64,000 nt of DNA from Acidimicrobiia bacterium (lineage in GTDB: Bacteria; Actinomycetota; Acidimicrobiia; Acidimicrobiales; Bin134), in the NCBI GenBank assembly GCA_022825005.1, contig JAJDYU010000085.1, positions 126,947 to 190,946 on the forward strand, written 5' to 3'. The notes under the pieces are model-generated. The model saw nothing but the letters and a program-made list of their open reading frames with translations, ran no database searches and was not told the origin of the DNA. Below are positions 63,590 through 64,000 of this stretch, in pieces. Position numbers and translations under genes: made by a program. Every line of letters begins with the position of its first letter. The stretch's first letter is position 1.

Positions 63590-64000
63590 TCAGAGGTCGA
63601 GATTCCAGACCCGGATGGCATTGCCGCTCAAGATCAGCTCGCGCTCATCAGCAGGGATGCCTTCGAAGTCTTGGTTGACCAGCTCCCGCGAGTCCGGCCA
63701 AGTGCAGGCGGGATGGGGGTAGTCGGTGGACCACATCATGTTCTCAACGCCGATGTCGTAGCGGAGCTTGTGGACCGCAAACGGCTCGTGGATGAACGTC
63801 ACGGACATGTTGCGGTTGAAGTAGAAGCTGGGGCGCTCGTCGATCTCGTTGAAGGGGTAGTTGGTCACCGTCTTCATCTGGTCGATGATGAACAGCCACC
63901 AGGGGATCCAACCCACCCCCGGCTCCACCCACACCGTCTTCAGCTCGGGAAAGCGCACGAAGATGCCGCTGAGGATGAAGTTGGCGTACTGCACCGAGGT
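63590..64000 (-). CDS. Amidohydrolase_2 family protein. The C-terminal part is present; the 5' end lies beyond the right window edge.
   Basis: MWSTDYPHPACTW motif. The reading frame stays open to position 64000 (..TSVQYANF..). Confidence 0.8.
   Translation of the reverse strand, partial: TSVQYANFILSGIFVRFPELKTVWVEPGVGWIPWWLFIIDQMKTVTNYPFNEIDERPSFYFNRNMSVTFIHEPFAVHKLRYDIGVENMMWSTDYPHPACTWPDSRELVNQDFEGIPADERELILSGNAIRVWNLDL

Overview
GC-rich (rough impression 60-65 %, not computed), gene-dense chromosomal segment of actinobacterial type. It holds about 62 protein genes. I saw no rRNA, tRNA, CRISPR array, integrase or transposase. All family names come from motif recognition in the translated ORFs; no database search was possible.

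Content, left to right:
- Divergent glyoxylate-shunt pair: ICL2-type aceA (partial at the left edge) and glcB.
- A paralog-rich lipid/steroid- or aromatic-type catabolic repertoire: 3 cytochromes P450, 5 amidohydrolase_2-type proteins, 5 SDRs, 2 crotonases, 2 LLM oxidoreductases, an ACAD, a family III CoA-transferase, a MaoC hydratase pair, a DUF35 + SCP-x-type thiolase pair, TauD, GMC, Zn-ADH and cupins.
- An Lrp/AsnC regulator divergent from alanine dehydrogenase.
- A zinc-homeostasis island: His/Asp/Cys-rich repeat protein + CDF exporter, ZnuB, ZnuA, Zur.
- A LacI-controlled sugar ABC uptake / glycosidase locus, plus a GH3 beta-glucosidase.

Most interesting signals:
1. An in-frame UGA joins two small track ORFs (17080..17628, minus strand) into one 182-aa protein with a U-G-S-C motif. 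A hairpin lies 11 nt 3' of the UGA. This is a selenoprotein candidate. It appears co-transcribed with the Lrp/AsnC regulator and an uncharacterised 327-aa protein.
2. A 105-aa His/Asp/Cys-rich repeat protein is translationally coupled to a CDF exporter, inside an importer/exporter/Zur island that has no ABC ATPase gene.
3. Several unusual fusions: DUF427 + thioesterase II, an ACAD with an extra C-terminal domain, and an alpha/beta-hydrolase with a neocarzinostatin-like domain.
4. A 442-bp AT-rich gap with structured repeats next to a TetR gene.

Many long ORFs in the track are antisense artefacts of high GC and were rejected.
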